Part shown: piece after piece, positions 44,903 to 55,765 of the stretch
How the letters are laid out: the number at the start of each line of letters is the position of its first letter
Position numbering within the stretch: the first letter of the stretch is position 1
DNA from: a bacterium
GTDB taxonomy: Bacteria; UBA8248
NCBI GenBank assembly: GCA_965203325.1
Contig: OZ241875.1
Location: forward strand, 1,632,001-1,696,000
DNA: 64,000 bases
Direction: 5' to 3'
Made by a program: the position numbers and the translations under genes
Notes under the pieces: model-generated
The model's input: the letters and a program-made list of their open reading frames with translations, nothing else
What the model was told of the DNA's origin: nothing
Database searches by the model: none

Positions 44903-46150
44903 CTACCTGCCCGCCGCCGCCTCGGCGACCCGAGGGGAATAAATAATATCATCGACTTGCGGCGGATCTTCGAGAAAGCCTGCCGCCTTCAGCGTCAACA
45001 CGTCGTTCGTGCCGTCTGAATGCAGGAAGCTCAAGGCATCGCGCATGAGCTTTTCGATGGGGTTTTTCCGCATATACCCCGCCGCCCCCCAAAGCTCCAT
45101 CGCCTCCTGGCAGACCTGTACGGCGGACTCGGATGCGAATACCTTGCTCAGCATCGCATTTTTCCGGTCCATCTCCTCAAGCTGGGTGGACCACGCGGTA
45201 CGCCACAGATAAGAACGTGACGCTTCTATCTTCATCGCCATACGCGCAAGTCTGATTTGCTGGAGTTGATGGTCGAGCAAGGGCACGCTTCCCTGGATTC
45301 GGGCATGGGCATACTGCAAAGAGAGATCATACGCACGTTGCGCGACCCCCAATACGGTGGCGCCCGCCTGGATGTTGCTCCCGTGCCTGATGAACAGATT
45401 GGCCAGCGCCGGCAGAGCCTCGCCCACTTCCCCGATTTGGTCTTCCGCCGGGACTTCCACATCGTGAAACTCCAGTGTGCCGTTCTGGACACACCTTTGG
45501 CCAAGCTTATCCCACACCTCCGTGACTTCAAAACCCTTCGCATCAGAGGACACCAAAAAGGCCGTGAGACTGTTCATCATGGGATTGTCTTTATCCGTGC
45601 GGGCGGCTATCTGATAAACTTTGGCGAGACCCCCATTGGAGATGTAACGCTTGGAGCCGTTCAACACCCAGCGGTCTCCTTTTTTTTCCGCATACGTCTG
45701 AATTCCCGCCCCGGGATTCTGGTTGGGCCATACATTGTCACTACCCGCCATAGGCTCCGTCCAGGCGGTCGCCAGAATACACTCGTCATCATCCATGATT
45801 TTAGGGAGCCAGCGTTTTTGCTGTTCTTCATCCGCCATGTTGGCAATTGACGTCATGATCTTCCACGTCTGATCAAAGGCGACAGCCAGTCCCAAATCTC
45901 CATAGGCCAGCGTCTCGCCCACGATGGCGCAGGAAAGCACGTCGGCGCCTTCACCTCCAAACTCTTTGGGGACGGTGAGTGTTCTGAGGCCTCGTTTGGA
46001 ACCTTCTCTGATGACTTCCCAGTTAAAGGATGCTTCGGGATCCTCGATGCGGTCCGCAACCTCCGCTGCGGGGATCATGACTTCGGTGGCGAATCTTTTC
46101 GCAGTATCCCTGAGTTCCATTTGCCGCGGGGTGAGCTGGAAATCGACCAT
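44903..46150 (-). CDS. Acyl-CoA dehydrogenase family protein
   Basis: TEP.AGSD, LNGSK.YISNG, KLGQR and GAAGY motifs; DGT in place of the usual EGT. Confidence 0.92.
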   Translation of the reverse strand: MVDFQLTPRQMELRDTAKRFATEVMIPAAEVADRIEDPEASFNWEVIREGSKRGLRTLTVPKEFGGEGADVLSCAIVGETLAYGDLGLAVAFDQTWKIMTSIANMADEEQQKRWLPKIMDDDECILATAWTEPMAGSDNVWPNQNPGAGIQTYAEKKGDRWVLNGSKRYISNGGLAKVYQIAARTDKDNPMMNSLTAFLVSSDAKGFEVTEVWDKLGQRCVQNGTLEFHDVEVPAEDQIGEVGEALPALANLFIRHGSNIQAGATVLGVAQRAYDLSLQYAHARIQGSVPLLDHQLQQIRLARMAMKIEASRSYLWRTAWSTQLEEMDRKNAMLSKVFASESAVQVCQEAMELWGAAGYMRKNPIEKLMRDALSFLHSDGTNDVLTLKAAGFLEDPPQVDDIIYSPRVAEAAAGR

Positions 46151-46276
46151 CGGTTTTATCCTCCAAGGGTAATTGTCCTGGCGATTCAGTCGCGATGAAA
46201 CAATCGCGAATCATTATGTCAAGAAAGCCCGCTGTTGCGCCTCCGCTTATTCCGGTTCTCAGGATGCGAGCGTATA

Positions 46277-46687
46277 TTAAAGAGCCGCCGGGTTCTCGCA
46301 CAACTCGATGCGGATATTCCCGGGCCCTCGGACATAGGCGATCATCCGCCCGCCAACCCCGCGGCGCACGGGCTCCATCATAATCTCGGCCCCTTTGCCC
46401 CTCAGCCACTCGACGGCGGCTTCCACATCCGGAACGCCGAACCCGAAATGATCCAGTCCCTGAACCAGTTCCGGCCCGACTGAATCCGGCGTCTCCTCAG
46501 GTCTGACACCGCGAGCGAATATCACCAGGCGGCCGATTTGGATCGCCGCGTTGGGCGAGCCCTTGAAGTCCTCATCGTAGCGAATGATTTCCGCGTCGAA
46601 CACGTTTTTGAAATACTCGGCAAACGCCTTCACGTCTGCGCAAACGTAGTGAATATGATCAAAACCGAATTCCATCGAATTCTCCAA
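46277..46687 (-). CDS. VOC/glyoxalase-family protein
   Basis: FDHIH, GLDHFGF and GPGNIRIEL motifs. Confidence 0.88.
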   Translation of the reverse strand: MENSMEFGFDHIHYVCADVKAFAEYFKNVFDAEIIRYDEDFKGSPNAAIQIGRLVIFARGVRPEETPDSVGPELVQGLDHFGFGVPDVEAAVEWLRGKGAEIMMEPVRRGVGGRMIAYVRGPGNIRIELCENPAAL

Positions 46688-46695
46688 TTATGAGG

Positions 46696-48405
46696 TTACG
46701 GCGTGATGATGATCGGTGAATCCTCAGAATCGGTATCTTCCGAAACACCGCCATCCCCGACATTCTCCTCTTGCATTTCCCCTTCCACACCCTGAGATTC
46801 GCGGACCTGGCGGATAATCCGTTCGAGCATCACGTTGATGGAATACCGAACCATTTCGAGGAACAGCGGCGTGGGTTCATCCGCAGCCGTCCGCACTTCA
46901 TCGGCCAGCGTCACACACTCGCGCGCCATCGCTTCATCGCCCGCCAGATGGAAAACGTATCCATTGTCTTCCAGTTGGCCCGATATGCGCTCCCGCAACG
47001 CCGCATCCTGAAAAATTTCTTTTGCGCCGTTTTCCACTATCTGCTCAAGACGCTCTTTTTTCTGTCTTTCGTCCAACGCCACCTGACTTTCCATCGACTC
47101 CAAGAATTCCTGGAAATACGGCCCCACACGCTCTTCATCCATCGCCCAACTCCAAAAAGGCCGATGGGCGAACATCGTGCGCACCTCCATCCTGTCCTCG
47201 CCTTCTGCAAGAGATTTCACCACAGCGCGGACAGGATGCGGCCCCTCCAGGGGAAACGCGTCGGTCTCCGCCAGGGGATCGAGCATGAGTTTCGCATGCG
47301 TAAACCCCCGGGGCAGCGGTACTTCTCCCGCTTCGTTTTCGCGCTGGCCGCGCTCCAGAAGCCAGATCGCATATCCGGCAGGCACTTCCTGTGACGCCAG
47401 GGCGGGCATTTCTGAAATTCGGCGGAAAACATCGCGCAACTCTTTCCCGCTCATTTCCGCATCCGTGAACTCGACAATGCCTCGCCCCCGGTGCAAACGC
47501 GCCTGCACGAGATACCTCCCGCGCGGAACCCTCGAACGCGCAAGCCACAATAGCATCTGCCCACGCCCGTCTACGGCGCTGACAACGGCATGAACATAAT
47601 CGGGATACGTGGACCGTTGGGCGGTTCGACTGCCCGCATCCGGCGATTTTTCAACTTCCACGCCTTTATTCTTCAACCGGAATATCGCTTTGCGGATTCG
47701 TGACAACGTATCCTTGTCCTTGCTGGATTCCGAGAGCTTTTGAAGCGCATTCGCGGCCTCCTGCGTAGCCGTATCCGCCAGAATTTGAATGAAGTATGGG
47801 GGCGGTAATGTTCCTTCACCGCCCATCGCTTCCGCCAGCATGAGCAGGCGATTCTCTGAAACGCCCGGCTTGTTCTCGAGGCCGTCACGCAACACGACTT
47901 CCTGCAAAAAAGGAGGCAGGTCATTCAACGACGATACAAGGGACGTTGCGGAATCGACCGTGAGGGACTCATTCCGGCTGAAACGCTCAGAAACCTCCTG
48001 AGCGCGGCTTAAATTTTCCGGATCGAAACCATCCGGCAATTCTGCTCGCGCATCCAACGCCCGGAGAGTCTCCAACAGCGCCGCGAGTCCCGGTATCGAC
48101 CACCGCATCGTCCGAATAAGCGAAACAAGCTTTTGAGCGACGGATACATCCCCAAGCTCGCGCAGAGCGAGAAGCGTGGGAATACGGCCCTCCCGAGTCG
48201 TAGAGGACAGGTGGTTGAATACGCCGGCGAGCCCGACATCTCCCATTTCTCTGATTTCGTCCAATAAAGGCGCAGGCGCCATGGCGCCCGGTGGAGGAGG
48301 AACCGTGAACGATGCTTCGAGACCGGCCGCTATGGCGGCGGCCCTGTCCAAATCTTCCTTGGAAAAAGATTTTTTCGAGGCCTTTAACCTCGATTTCTTT
48401 GCCAA
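46696..48405 (-). CDS. Hypothetical alpha-helical (HEAT-like) protein
   Basis: Long ORF; KAIFRLKNKG, SAVDGRG and terminal IITP; AGGAG RBS suggests TTG 48405. Confidence 0.75.
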   Translation of the reverse strand: MAKKSRLKASKKSFSKEDLDRAAAIAAGLEASFTVPPPPGAMAPAPLLDEIREMGDVGLAGVFNHLSSTTREGRIPTLLALRELGDVSVAQKLVSLIRTMRWSIPGLAALLETLRALDARAELPDGFDPENLSRAQEVSERFSRNESLTVDSATSLVSSLNDLPPFLQEVVLRDGLENKPGVSENRLLMLAEAMGGEGTLPPPYFIQILADTATQEAANALQKLSESSKDKDTLSRIRKAIFRLKNKGVEVEKSPDAGSRTAQRSTYPDYVHAVVSAVDGRGQMLLWLARSRVPRGRYLVQARLHRGRGIVEFTDAEMSGKELRDVFRRISEMPALASQEVPAGYAIWLLERGQRENEAGEVPLPRGFTHAKLMLDPLAETDAFPLEGPHPVRAVVKSLAEGEDRMEVRTMFAHRPFWSWAMDEERVGPYFQEFLESMESQVALDERQKKERLEQIVENGAKEIFQDAALRERISGQLEDNGYVFHLAGDEAMARECVTLADEVRTAADEPTPLFLEMVRYSINVMLERIIRQVRESQGVEGEMQEENVGDGGVSEDTDSEDSPIIITP

Positions 48406-48567
48406 AACCACTTCTCCTATTGTATATGTCTCAAAGCACACATCATCGGCGGGGGTAACACATACTGTCAAGACGAAGTCGAAACACGAATTTCTCACAT
48501 TTTCAGATTTTGCCGACTACAACATACACATGACAGAATCATCGTTGTATTGGTCCCTGGAGCCAGC

Positions 48568-49557
48568 GTGAACTTTCGATTTGCCCATTGCGGCGATTTC
48601 CATCTCGGCTATGACTTCGGCTATCTCCCGCCCCGGAAAGCAGCGGCGCGCCAGGCCGATCTTCGGGTGGCGTTTTTCCGCACCGTTCGCGAAACCCTCA
48701 AATGGGGCGCACAGGTATTCCTTGTATCGGGCGATCTGTTCGACACACCGCACCCAGGTGATCGCGACGTAGAAATCGTCTCGAAGAATCTCGCGCACTT
48801 ATCGAAAAAAGGGGTGCGCTGCTTCGCCATACCCGGCAACCACGACCCGAGACACCCGAAATCCGTGTGGAATCGACCCGAAATGGCAAGCTATATCCAC
48901 CTTTTCCACGGTGACGCCGCTGCCGGGTTGGCGCAGGAAAATATCGGCGAACTCAACCTGACGATTGCCGGAATCCCCTGGGATACCGAAGACGCCTTCA
49001 AACCGCCTTTGCAGGAAATCCTCGCGCGGAAACCGGATGTAAGCGACAGGTCCATCCTGCTTCTGCACGGTTCGGAAGCCGCTCTCGCCTCAGAGCACCC
49101 CGCGTTCAAGGAACACCCATTCGAAGCCGATGATTTGAAGCGTTTGCCCTTCGGTTACGTGGCCATCGGCCACTACCACAAACCCATGGACGTCGCCAGG
49201 TGGAGCGGCGGCGCCGCATGCTACAGCGGCTCGCCCGAGGGTTTGCGGTTCAGCGATCACAATCTGGGGGAACGCTCCATCGTTTTGGGAGAAATGGACG
49301 AGGGGGGCTCTCTGGTTCGACTCGAACGAAAAATCATCAATGCGCGCACGATGAAAACGCTTTCCTATTCCGCCGGGGACGGGACGACCACGGACGACTG
49401 GTTCCGGACTATCGATGACATGAGAGACCCCGATACCCTTTTGAGAGTGCGCGTCCCGAAACAAGAAGGCGGTGAACAAAGGCGGGCCGAAGTCCTGTTA
49501 TCCTCGCTGTGCAGTGACTATTTCTATCTGGACATTATCTGGGAATCACCCTCGTGA
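48568..49557 (+). CDS. SbcD/Mre11-like metallophosphoesterase (nuclease)
   Basis: DFHLG, GDLFD, GNHD, LHG, GHYH and YSGSPE motifs; GGAG RBS before GTG 48568. Confidence 0.88.
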   Translation: MNFRFAHCGDFHLGYDFGYLPPRKAAARQADLRVAFFRTVRETLKWGAQVFLVSGDLFDTPHPGDRDVEIVSKNLAHLSKKGVRCFAIPGNHDPRHPKSVWNRPEMASYIHLFHGDAAAGLAQENIGELNLTIAGIPWDTEDAFKPPLQEILARKPDVSDRSILLLHGSEAALASEHPAFKEHPFEADDLKRLPFGYVAIGHYHKPMDVARWSGGAACYSGSPEGLRFSDHNLGERSIVLGEMDEGGSLVRLERKIINARTMKTLSYSAGDGTTTDDWFRTIDDMRDPDTLLRVRVPKQEGGEQRRAEVLLSSLCSDYFYLDIIWESPS

Positions 49558-50342
49558 GCGAAAGCATCTGGTGTGACGTCTCCTTTTCCCACCCGGAAAT
49601 CCCCACGAGACTCAAAGATGCGCATCGGGCGCACGCCGATAATGCACAACACGTTGTGTGCGTCGTAATCGATATACTGAGAGCCACGACGAACATCGCC
49701 GTCATCCTGGAGAACGGATGTTCCGCGATATATCCATGCGCGTCTCCTGAGATGGCGCATGAACTGGCCCGGAAGCTGAGACACGTGCATGGCGCCGAAC
49801 AAATCATTCTGGGCGGAGAGCAGGACGGCAAGCCGATTGAAGGATTCGACGGGGGAAACTCTCCGCTCGAATACACGCGCCGGAGAATCAACGGCAAGAC
49901 CTTGATACTCTCAACGAGCAACGGCACCAAAACACTCTCAGCCGTAAAGAATTGCGGAGAAATTTTCACCGCCGCTTTTGTGAACATCACCGCTGCGGCC
50001 GAACGCATCGGGTCTATTCTTCTTGCCAACCCGAATCAATCCCTCCTGATCGCCTGCTCGGGCCGCGAAGGCGCTTATTGTGAAGAAGACGCCGTAGGGG
50101 CGGGAATGCTCCTGCAAATCTTGTCCAGACATCTGGAAAGGCTGGAATTCTCCGACACCGCCCGGGCAGCCCTGCATGTTGCAAACGGGGCTGAAAAAAA
50201 CCTGGAAAAGATGCTTTTTCAGAGTTGGTGGGGCAGACACTTATCATCCCTGGGGCTTGACGAGGACATATCCTTCTGCGCGCAGAAGGACATCACGAGG
50301 GTCGTTCCCAAGCTGGATGCCGGGATAATAAAGATATCTTAA
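49554..50342 (+). CDS. 2-phosphosulfolactate phosphatase family (ComB-like)
   Basis: VIDILRATT, GGE, GNSP.E, STSNGT and ED..GAG motifs. Confidence 0.9.
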   Translation: MSESIWCDVSFSHPEIPTRLKDAHRAHADNAQHVVCVVIDILRATTNIAVILENGCSAIYPCASPEMAHELARKLRHVHGAEQIILGGEQDGKPIEGFDGGNSPLEYTRRRINGKTLILSTSNGTKTLSAVKNCGEIFTAAFVNITAAAERIGSILLANPNQSLLIACSGREGAYCEEDAVGAGMLLQILSRHLERLEFSDTARAALHVANGAEKNLEKMLFQSWWGRHLSSLGLDEDISFCAQKDITRVVPKLDAGIIKIS

Positions 50343-51151
50343 GTTTCGAGGTCCTTCGCCAGGACGTTCTCAACCATATCGTGCGGCTCCGGAGAATTCG
50401 CTCCGGGCTTCAGGTGCATAAAGAATTCCCGGTTTCCCTTCGCGCCCGCAATCGCGCTCGATGCGATGTCCCGGGGGGTCAATCCCGCCCGAAGCGCTTC
50501 ATCCCAGACGCGGAGGAGCACTTCACGGTGAAGCGCGGGGTCGCGAACGATTCCGCCCTTGCCGACACGTCCCCTCCCCACTTCGAACTGTGGTTTGACG
50601 AGAACGAGCATCTCTCCATCTTCGTCGAGCAACTCATGAACCGGTTCGAGCACCTTCATGACGGAGATGAACGAAACGTCCACGGCGCATAAACCCGGAC
50701 GTTCTTCGCCCGCCAGCGATTGAAAAATTTCCGGCGTCAGATGCCTGGCGTTCACACCTTCCAGAAGAGTGACCCTGGGGTCATTCCGCAACTTCCAGTC
50801 AATCAAACCCTTGCCCACGTCCACCGCCGCAACGCGACGGGCGCCACGGGTGAGCAGCACATCGGTGAATCCGCCCGTCGACGCGCCGACATCCATGCAG
50901 TATTTATCCAGCGGATCAACCCCGAAAAAATCCAGCGCACCTGCGAGCTTCAGGCCGCCCCGGCTGACATAGGGACAAGGGTTTTCCTTGAGGGTGATGG
51001 ATGCGTCTTCCGGAAACGAAGAACCCGCCTTGGTGGCGGGTTCGCCGTCGACACTCACAAGACCTGCCAGAATCAGGCTGCGCGCGCGCTCCCGGCTCGG
51101 GGCCAGCGCACGTTCGACGAGTAACTTATCAAGCCTCTGTTTCTTTGCCAT
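50339..51151 (-). CDS. tlyA: TlyA-family rRNA methyltransferase
   Basis: S4 domain RLDKLL; YVSRGGLKL, DVGASTGGFTD and KPQFE motifs. Confidence 0.95.
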   Translation of the reverse strand: MAKKQRLDKLLVERALAPSRERARSLILAGLVSVDGEPATKAGSSFPEDASITLKENPCPYVSRGGLKLAGALDFFGVDPLDKYCMDVGASTGGFTDVLLTRGARRVAAVDVGKGLIDWKLRNDPRVTLLEGVNARHLTPEIFQSLAGEERPGLCAVDVSFISVMKVLEPVHELLDEDGEMLVLVKPQFEVGRGRVGKGGIVRDPALHREVLLRVWDEALRAGLTPRDIASSAIAGAKGNREFFMHLKPGANSPEPHDMVENVLAKDLET

Positions 51152-53063
51152 GCGCCGCCAGATCGGCAGAATCAGCCTTGCCTTCCATCAGATCGCGAGC
51201 CGCCTGGGTGATATCGCCTGGCGTGAGTCCACAGTCGTCGCGCTGGAGTTGAGGCGCTCCGTGCTCGATAAACCGGTCGGGAATACCCAAAACCGTGGTG
51301 GAAACGTCCCGGATGCCATGCGCCGCCAAAAGCTCCAGAACGCCGGCGCCCATTCCACCGATGCGCGTTCCCTCCTCGATCGTGACGATGCGTTTGCAGC
51401 GCCTCGCGAGTTCCAAGACTTTCTCCTCATCCATCGGCTTCACAAAGCGGAGATTCAAGACCGATGCCTCAATCCCGAGTTCCGCCAATTGCCCGGCAGA
51501 TTCCATGGAAAGGCCCACCATGGGACCCAGGGCGATGAGAGCGATGTCATCGCCGTCGCGAAGCGATTCCGCCTCTCCGATGGGAATCGTCTCGATATCC
51601 TCATCCATCGGCACCCCTTCGCCGGAGCCGCGCGCGAAGCGAACTGCCGCCGGACCGGGATGTTCAATCGCGGTCAAGACCATTTTCTGAAGTTCATTTT
51701 CGTCTTTGGGCGACATGATGGCCATGTTCGGCAGACACCGGAGATAGGCCAGGTCATAGGCTCCCTGGTGGGTGGGCCCGTCATCGCCCACGAGACCGGC
51801 CCGGTCCAGCGCAAAGGTAACGGGCACGTTCGTGAGGCAGACGTCGTGGATGATTTGATCATAAGCCCGCTGCAAAAACGTGCTGTAAATCGCGGCGACC
51901 GGCTTCATTCCCTCGAGCGCCAGACCCGCGGCGAAAGTCACCGCATGCTGTTCGCACATCCCTACGTCGAAGCAGCGCTCCGGCAACACTTTTTGATAGT
52001 TCACGAGCGCCGTACCCTCAAGCATGGCCGCCGAGATGGCCACTATCTTTTCATCCTTTTGACTGAGTTTCACCATGGTATCGGTAAAAACTTTGGAGTA
52101 GCCGGGAGGGCCGGGCGCTTTCTTGTGGAATTCACCGGATTCGGGATCGAATTTCGTCACGCCGTGATAGGTGATGGGTTCCGCCTCGCTATAGGGATAC
52201 CCGTAACCTTTTCGGGTTACGACGTGCACCAGGTTGGGGCCATCCAGGTTTTTCACGTTTCTGAGAGTGGGAATCAGCAAATCGAGCCGGTGTCCGTCCA
52301 CCGGGCCGATGTACCGGAAACCCAACTCCTCGAACAAAATTCCCGGCACGATGATATTTTTCAGAGACTCCTCCACCCTGTCCATCAGCGTGACGGCATG
52401 ACTCCCCACCACGGGAAGGTGGCTGATTATTTTCTGGACTTCCGCACGCACCTTGCGGGCCCGGTTCGACCATTCACCCGTCATGATTCGCGCCAGATAG
52501 GAGCACATGGCGCCTACGTTATGCGAAATTCCCATTTTATTGTCATTGAGAATAACGGTGAGGTTCCGCTTCGAATCGCCGGCGTTGTTGAGTCCTTCCA
52601 TCGCCATGCCGGCGGTCAGGCTGCCGTCTCCGATGATGGCGACGACCTGAAAATCCTCGCCCGAGAGGTCTCGCGCCGTGGCCATGCCCAGGGCAGCGGA
52701 AATGGACGTGCCGCCATGCGCCACGTTCAGATGGTCGTATTCACTCTCACGCCTGTCCGGGAAGCCGGCAACCCCCTCCCACTGCCTCAGCGTATGGAAC
52801 TGGTCCCGGCGTCCCGTGAGGATCTTGTGCGTGTAAGCCTGATGGCCGACATCCCAAATCAACTTGTCCTTCGGCGTATCATAGAGATAGTGAAGCGCCA
52901 CGATGAGCTCAGCGGCACCCAAAGATGCGCCGAGATGCCCGCCCGTATTGGAGGTCACCTGAATGACCATGTCGCGGAGTTCATCCACGACTTGAGGTAA
53001 CTCCTCCTCCGTCAGTTGTCTCAAATCCGCCGGGCTATCAATACGTTCAAGCAATTCGCCCAT
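51129..53063 (-). CDS. dxs: 1-deoxy-D-xylulose-5-phosphate synthase
   Basis: GGHLG, WDVGHQAY, GDG..T.G and DRAGLVGDDGPTH motifs. Confidence 0.97.
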   Translation of the reverse strand: MGELLERIDSPADLRQLTEEELPQVVDELRDMVIQVTSNTGGHLGASLGAAELIVALHYLYDTPKDKLIWDVGHQAYTHKILTGRRDQFHTLRQWEGVAGFPDRRESEYDHLNVAHGGTSISAALGMATARDLSGEDFQVVAIIGDGSLTAGMAMEGLNNAGDSKRNLTVILNDNKMGISHNVGAMCSYLARIMTGEWSNRARKVRAEVQKIISHLPVVGSHAVTLMDRVEESLKNIIVPGILFEELGFRYIGPVDGHRLDLLIPTLRNVKNLDGPNLVHVVTRKGYGYPYSEAEPITYHGVTKFDPESGEFHKKAPGPPGYSKVFTDTMVKLSQKDEKIVAISAAMLEGTALVNYQKVLPERCFDVGMCEQHAVTFAAGLALEGMKPVAAIYSTFLQRAYDQIIHDVCLTNVPVTFALDRAGLVGDDGPTHQGAYDLAYLRCLPNMAIMSPKDENELQKMVLTAIEHPGPAAVRFARGSGEGVPMDEDIETIPIGEAESLRDGDDIALIALGPMVGLSMESAGQLAELGIEASVLNLRFVKPMDEEKVLELARRCKRIVTIEEGTRIGGMGAGVLELLAAHGIRDVSTTVLGIPDRFIEHGAPQLQRDDCGLTPGDITQAARDLMEGKADSADLAAHGKETEA

Positions 53064-53178
53064 ATCATCTCCCCCACGGGAATTCATCGCAAATCGAATC
53101 TGATTTCATCAAGGGGATGTCTCGGAAACCGACATTCCACCCTTACCCAAAGATTAACTGCAAAATGATAATCAATCG

Positions 53179-54099
53179 TCAAAACCGACGCAAGATAATA
53201 AAATGCGCCAAAGATTCTAATTCAGGCGCTTTATTCGGGAAAATTTCGAGCGCTCCCAAGGCCTCCTCGCAAGTGGAGCGCGCGAGCCCTTTCGATTTTT
53301 CCATGCCATACAAGGCGGGATAGGTGGCCTTGTTCAATCCCTCATCCGAGCCTATGGGTTTTCCCATGAGGGCCTCATCGCCTTCCACGTCCAGAATGTC
53401 GTCCACGATTTGAAACGCCAGCCCGATCTTCTCGCCATAAACACGCAGCGCTGCCAATTGCGCTTCATCACCGCCACCGAGGAGGCCCCCCAGGCAAACG
53501 GAAACTCTCAAAAGCGCGCCCGTCTTTCTTCTGTGGATTTCCTCCAAATGCGCCATATCGCTCACCCGGCCATTGGCCCGGATGTCCAAAAGCTGACCCC
53601 CCACCATACCCGTCGCGCCCGCCGCATCGGCGACCATGCGAATCGCTTTCACATGACGCTCCGGCGAAACTTTCGCGCCCATCTGTTGATTCGCCATCAA
53701 CTCGAAGGCCAGGGCCTGCAACCCGTCACCCGCGAGAATCGCCGCCGCCTCCCCATACACCTTGTGGCTCGTCGGCATCCCGCGTCTCAAGTCGTCATCG
53801 TCCATGGCGGGCAGATCGTCATGGATCAGGGAATAGGAATGAATACACTCGAGGGCGCACGCGGCAGGCAGGATAAATTCGGGATTGCCGCCTACGGCTT
53901 CACATCCGGCCACACAAAGCACGGGGCGCAGGCGCTTTCCACCCGCGAAAAGGCTGTAGCGCATGATCTCGAAGATTTCGGGCGGTTCCGAGGATTCCGG
54001 CACGAGGCGATCGAGTTCTTCTTCCACGCGTTTCGCCCAGCCGCTCAGGTAAGCTGCTGCGTCGATGACGGCGGGGAGTTCGCCTTCATTCATCGTCAT
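53179..54099 (-). CDS. ispA: Farnesyl diphosphate synthase / geranyltranstransferase
   Basis: GGKRLRP, HDDLPAMDDDDLRRG and FQIVDDILD motifs. Confidence 0.95.
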   Translation of the reverse strand: MTMNEGELPAVIDAAAYLSGWAKRVEEELDRLVPESSEPPEIFEIMRYSLFAGGKRLRPVLCVAGCEAVGGNPEFILPAACALECIHSYSLIHDDLPAMDDDDLRRGMPTSHKVYGEAAAILAGDGLQALAFELMANQQMGAKVSPERHVKAIRMVADAAGATGMVGGQLLDIRANGRVSDMAHLEEIHRRKTGALLRVSVCLGGLLGGGDEAQLAALRVYGEKIGLAFQIVDDILDVEGDEALMGKPIGSDEGLNKATYPALYGMEKSKGLARSTCEEALGALEIFPNKAPELESLAHFIILRRF

Positions 54100-54355
54100 C
54101 ACCATCTTCGAACGGCTGCAACGATAGTGTTTCCTCCGATTCCCCGGCGAGTTCTTCCACCTTTTTTTGCGCCGCGCTCAACTGCTCCCGGCTGTAGCGG
54201 AAGAGCTTCACACCCTCCTCATACAGCAAAACCGCCTTTTCCAGGGAAGGCTCACCCTCTTCGAGTTCTTCCACGATGGCCTCCAAACGCTCCAGCGCAG
54301 CCTCGAAACTTTTCGGTTCCGCATCGGGATTCGCGGATTCATCCACCGTATTCAT
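54086..54355 (-). CDS. xseB: Exodeoxyribonuclease VII small subunit
   Basis: SFEAALERLEAIV..LE...LE....YEEG; sits between xseA and ispA. Confidence 0.93.
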   Translation of the reverse strand: MNTVDESANPDAEPKSFEAALERLEAIVEELEEGEPSLEKAVLLYEEGVKLFRYSREQLSAAQKKVEELAGESEETLSLQPFEDGDDDE

Positions 54356-55752
54356 GGGCCCTCTCCCTCGGGAAAGACTTCTTCTACCCGGCACGTCAAG
54401 CCGCCTTGCGATAAACGAAGCCGCACGGATTCACCTGCCCTCACATCTTCGGCCTTTTTCACCAATGCGCCGGCGGGCTCCCTGTAGGCCAGGCTATACC
54501 CCCGCGCCAAAACAGCCAGCGGCGATACCAACTCAAGGCGCCCGGCGGCGTTCTCGAGCGCGTCCGCCCTGTTCTGCAGAAACAATCCATTCGCCATACG
54601 CAAGCGCTTCAGATTATCGTCAAGTTTCGATACGGATACAAGAATTTTTTCTTTGGGCGAGAGGGCGCGCAGCCTCGGGACTACTCCGGCCAAATGCGTC
54701 CATTTCATCTGCTGCTGGTGTCCGGCTTCTCTGCTCATGCGTTCATAGAGCGCATCCATACGCTGCGCCAACGATTCGAGCGGAGCCTCGGGCCTTCTGA
54801 ATACAGGTTCCCTGAGAAAACGAGACAACTTGTCATCCAGAGAGGCCAGGATAGTCTCGGCTGCCCGTCGCGCGTCATGGATCAAGCCGGTAATGTCCCG
54901 GGCGACATCCAGCCAGCCTCTGGCCACACGCTCCGCCGCCGCCGTGGGCGTAAGCGCCGATTCATCGGCGGCCAGATCACTCAGCGAGGTATCGACCTCA
55001 TGTCCCACTGCGGATATGAGGGGCGTCGCGCATCCGGCGATTGCCCGAACCACCTCTTCTTCGTTGAACGCCCACAAATCCTCCCGGCTCCCTCCGCCGC
55101 GGCCCGTGATGATGAGGTCCACGGGGCGCTCAATTTTAGCGAGGTTCTCGTCCGCCCTTCGAATCGCCGCAGCGATGGATGATGCGGCACCCTCGCCCTG
55201 CACCCGGGTGTGGAGGACCACGAGTTCGACAATCGGGGCGCGCTCCTTGAAAACCCGCAGCATATCCCGGAGGGCGGCGCCTTCCCGGCTCGTCACCAAC
55301 CCCACGCGGCGGGGGCGGTCGGGAATCTCCTTTTTCCGCGAAGGATCGAACAAACCTTCTTTTTCCAGCCGCTCGTGCAACTGGCGAAAAGCGACTTCGA
55401 GCGCGCCTTCGCCCAGGGGCTCCATGGAAAGCGCCGACACCTGGAAGCGTCCGTCTTTTTCATAAAGCGTCACCCGGCACCGGAGCATCACGCGCATGCC
55501 CGCTTCGGGTTCAAAGCGCAGAAAACGCCTGCGGCCCGAGAACATCACGGCGCTCACCCTGGACGTAGCGTCTTTCAGGTCAAAATAGGAATGCCCGGAT
55601 GGATAGGTGCTCCAGGAGGAAATTTCCCCCTCGACCAAAACCTCGCCGAATTCATCTTCCAGCAATTCTCTCGCGCGCGCATTGAGCTGTGAGACGGTGA
55701 GCACCGCCGGGGCTGCGCGAGGCGTATTGTCACCCAGAAGGTCTACGCTCAT
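54352..55752 (-). CDS. xseA: Exodeoxyribonuclease VII large subunit
   Basis: GEIS..SGHSYF.LKD, RGGGS.EDL, GHE.D and TPTAAAE motifs. Confidence 0.96.
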   Translation of the reverse strand: MSVDLLGDNTPRAAPAVLTVSQLNARARELLEDEFGEVLVEGEISSWSTYPSGHSYFDLKDATSRVSAVMFSGRRRFLRFEPEAGMRVMLRCRVTLYEKDGRFQVSALSMEPLGEGALEVAFRQLHERLEKEGLFDPSRKKEIPDRPRRVGLVTSREGAALRDMLRVFKERAPIVELVVLHTRVQGEGAASSIAAAIRRADENLAKIERPVDLIITGRGGGSREDLWAFNEEEVVRAIAGCATPLISAVGHEVDTSLSDLAADESALTPTAAAERVARGWLDVARDITGLIHDARRAAETILASLDDKLSRFLREPVFRRPEAPLESLAQRMDALYERMSREAGHQQQMKWTHLAGVVPRLRALSPKEKILVSVSKLDDNLKRLRMANGLFLQNRADALENAAGRLELVSPLAVLARGYSLAYREPAGALVKKAEDVRAGESVRLRLSQGGLTCRVEEVFPEGEGP

Positions 55753-55765
55753 CCAAAATCCCTTA

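Noticed and set aside
50988..53000. 670-aa plus-strand ORF (and similar long ORFs at 17239-18573, 35874-37085 and 55607-57247)
   Set aside because: These are antisense shadows of well-supported genes, expected in high-GC DNA; no motifs
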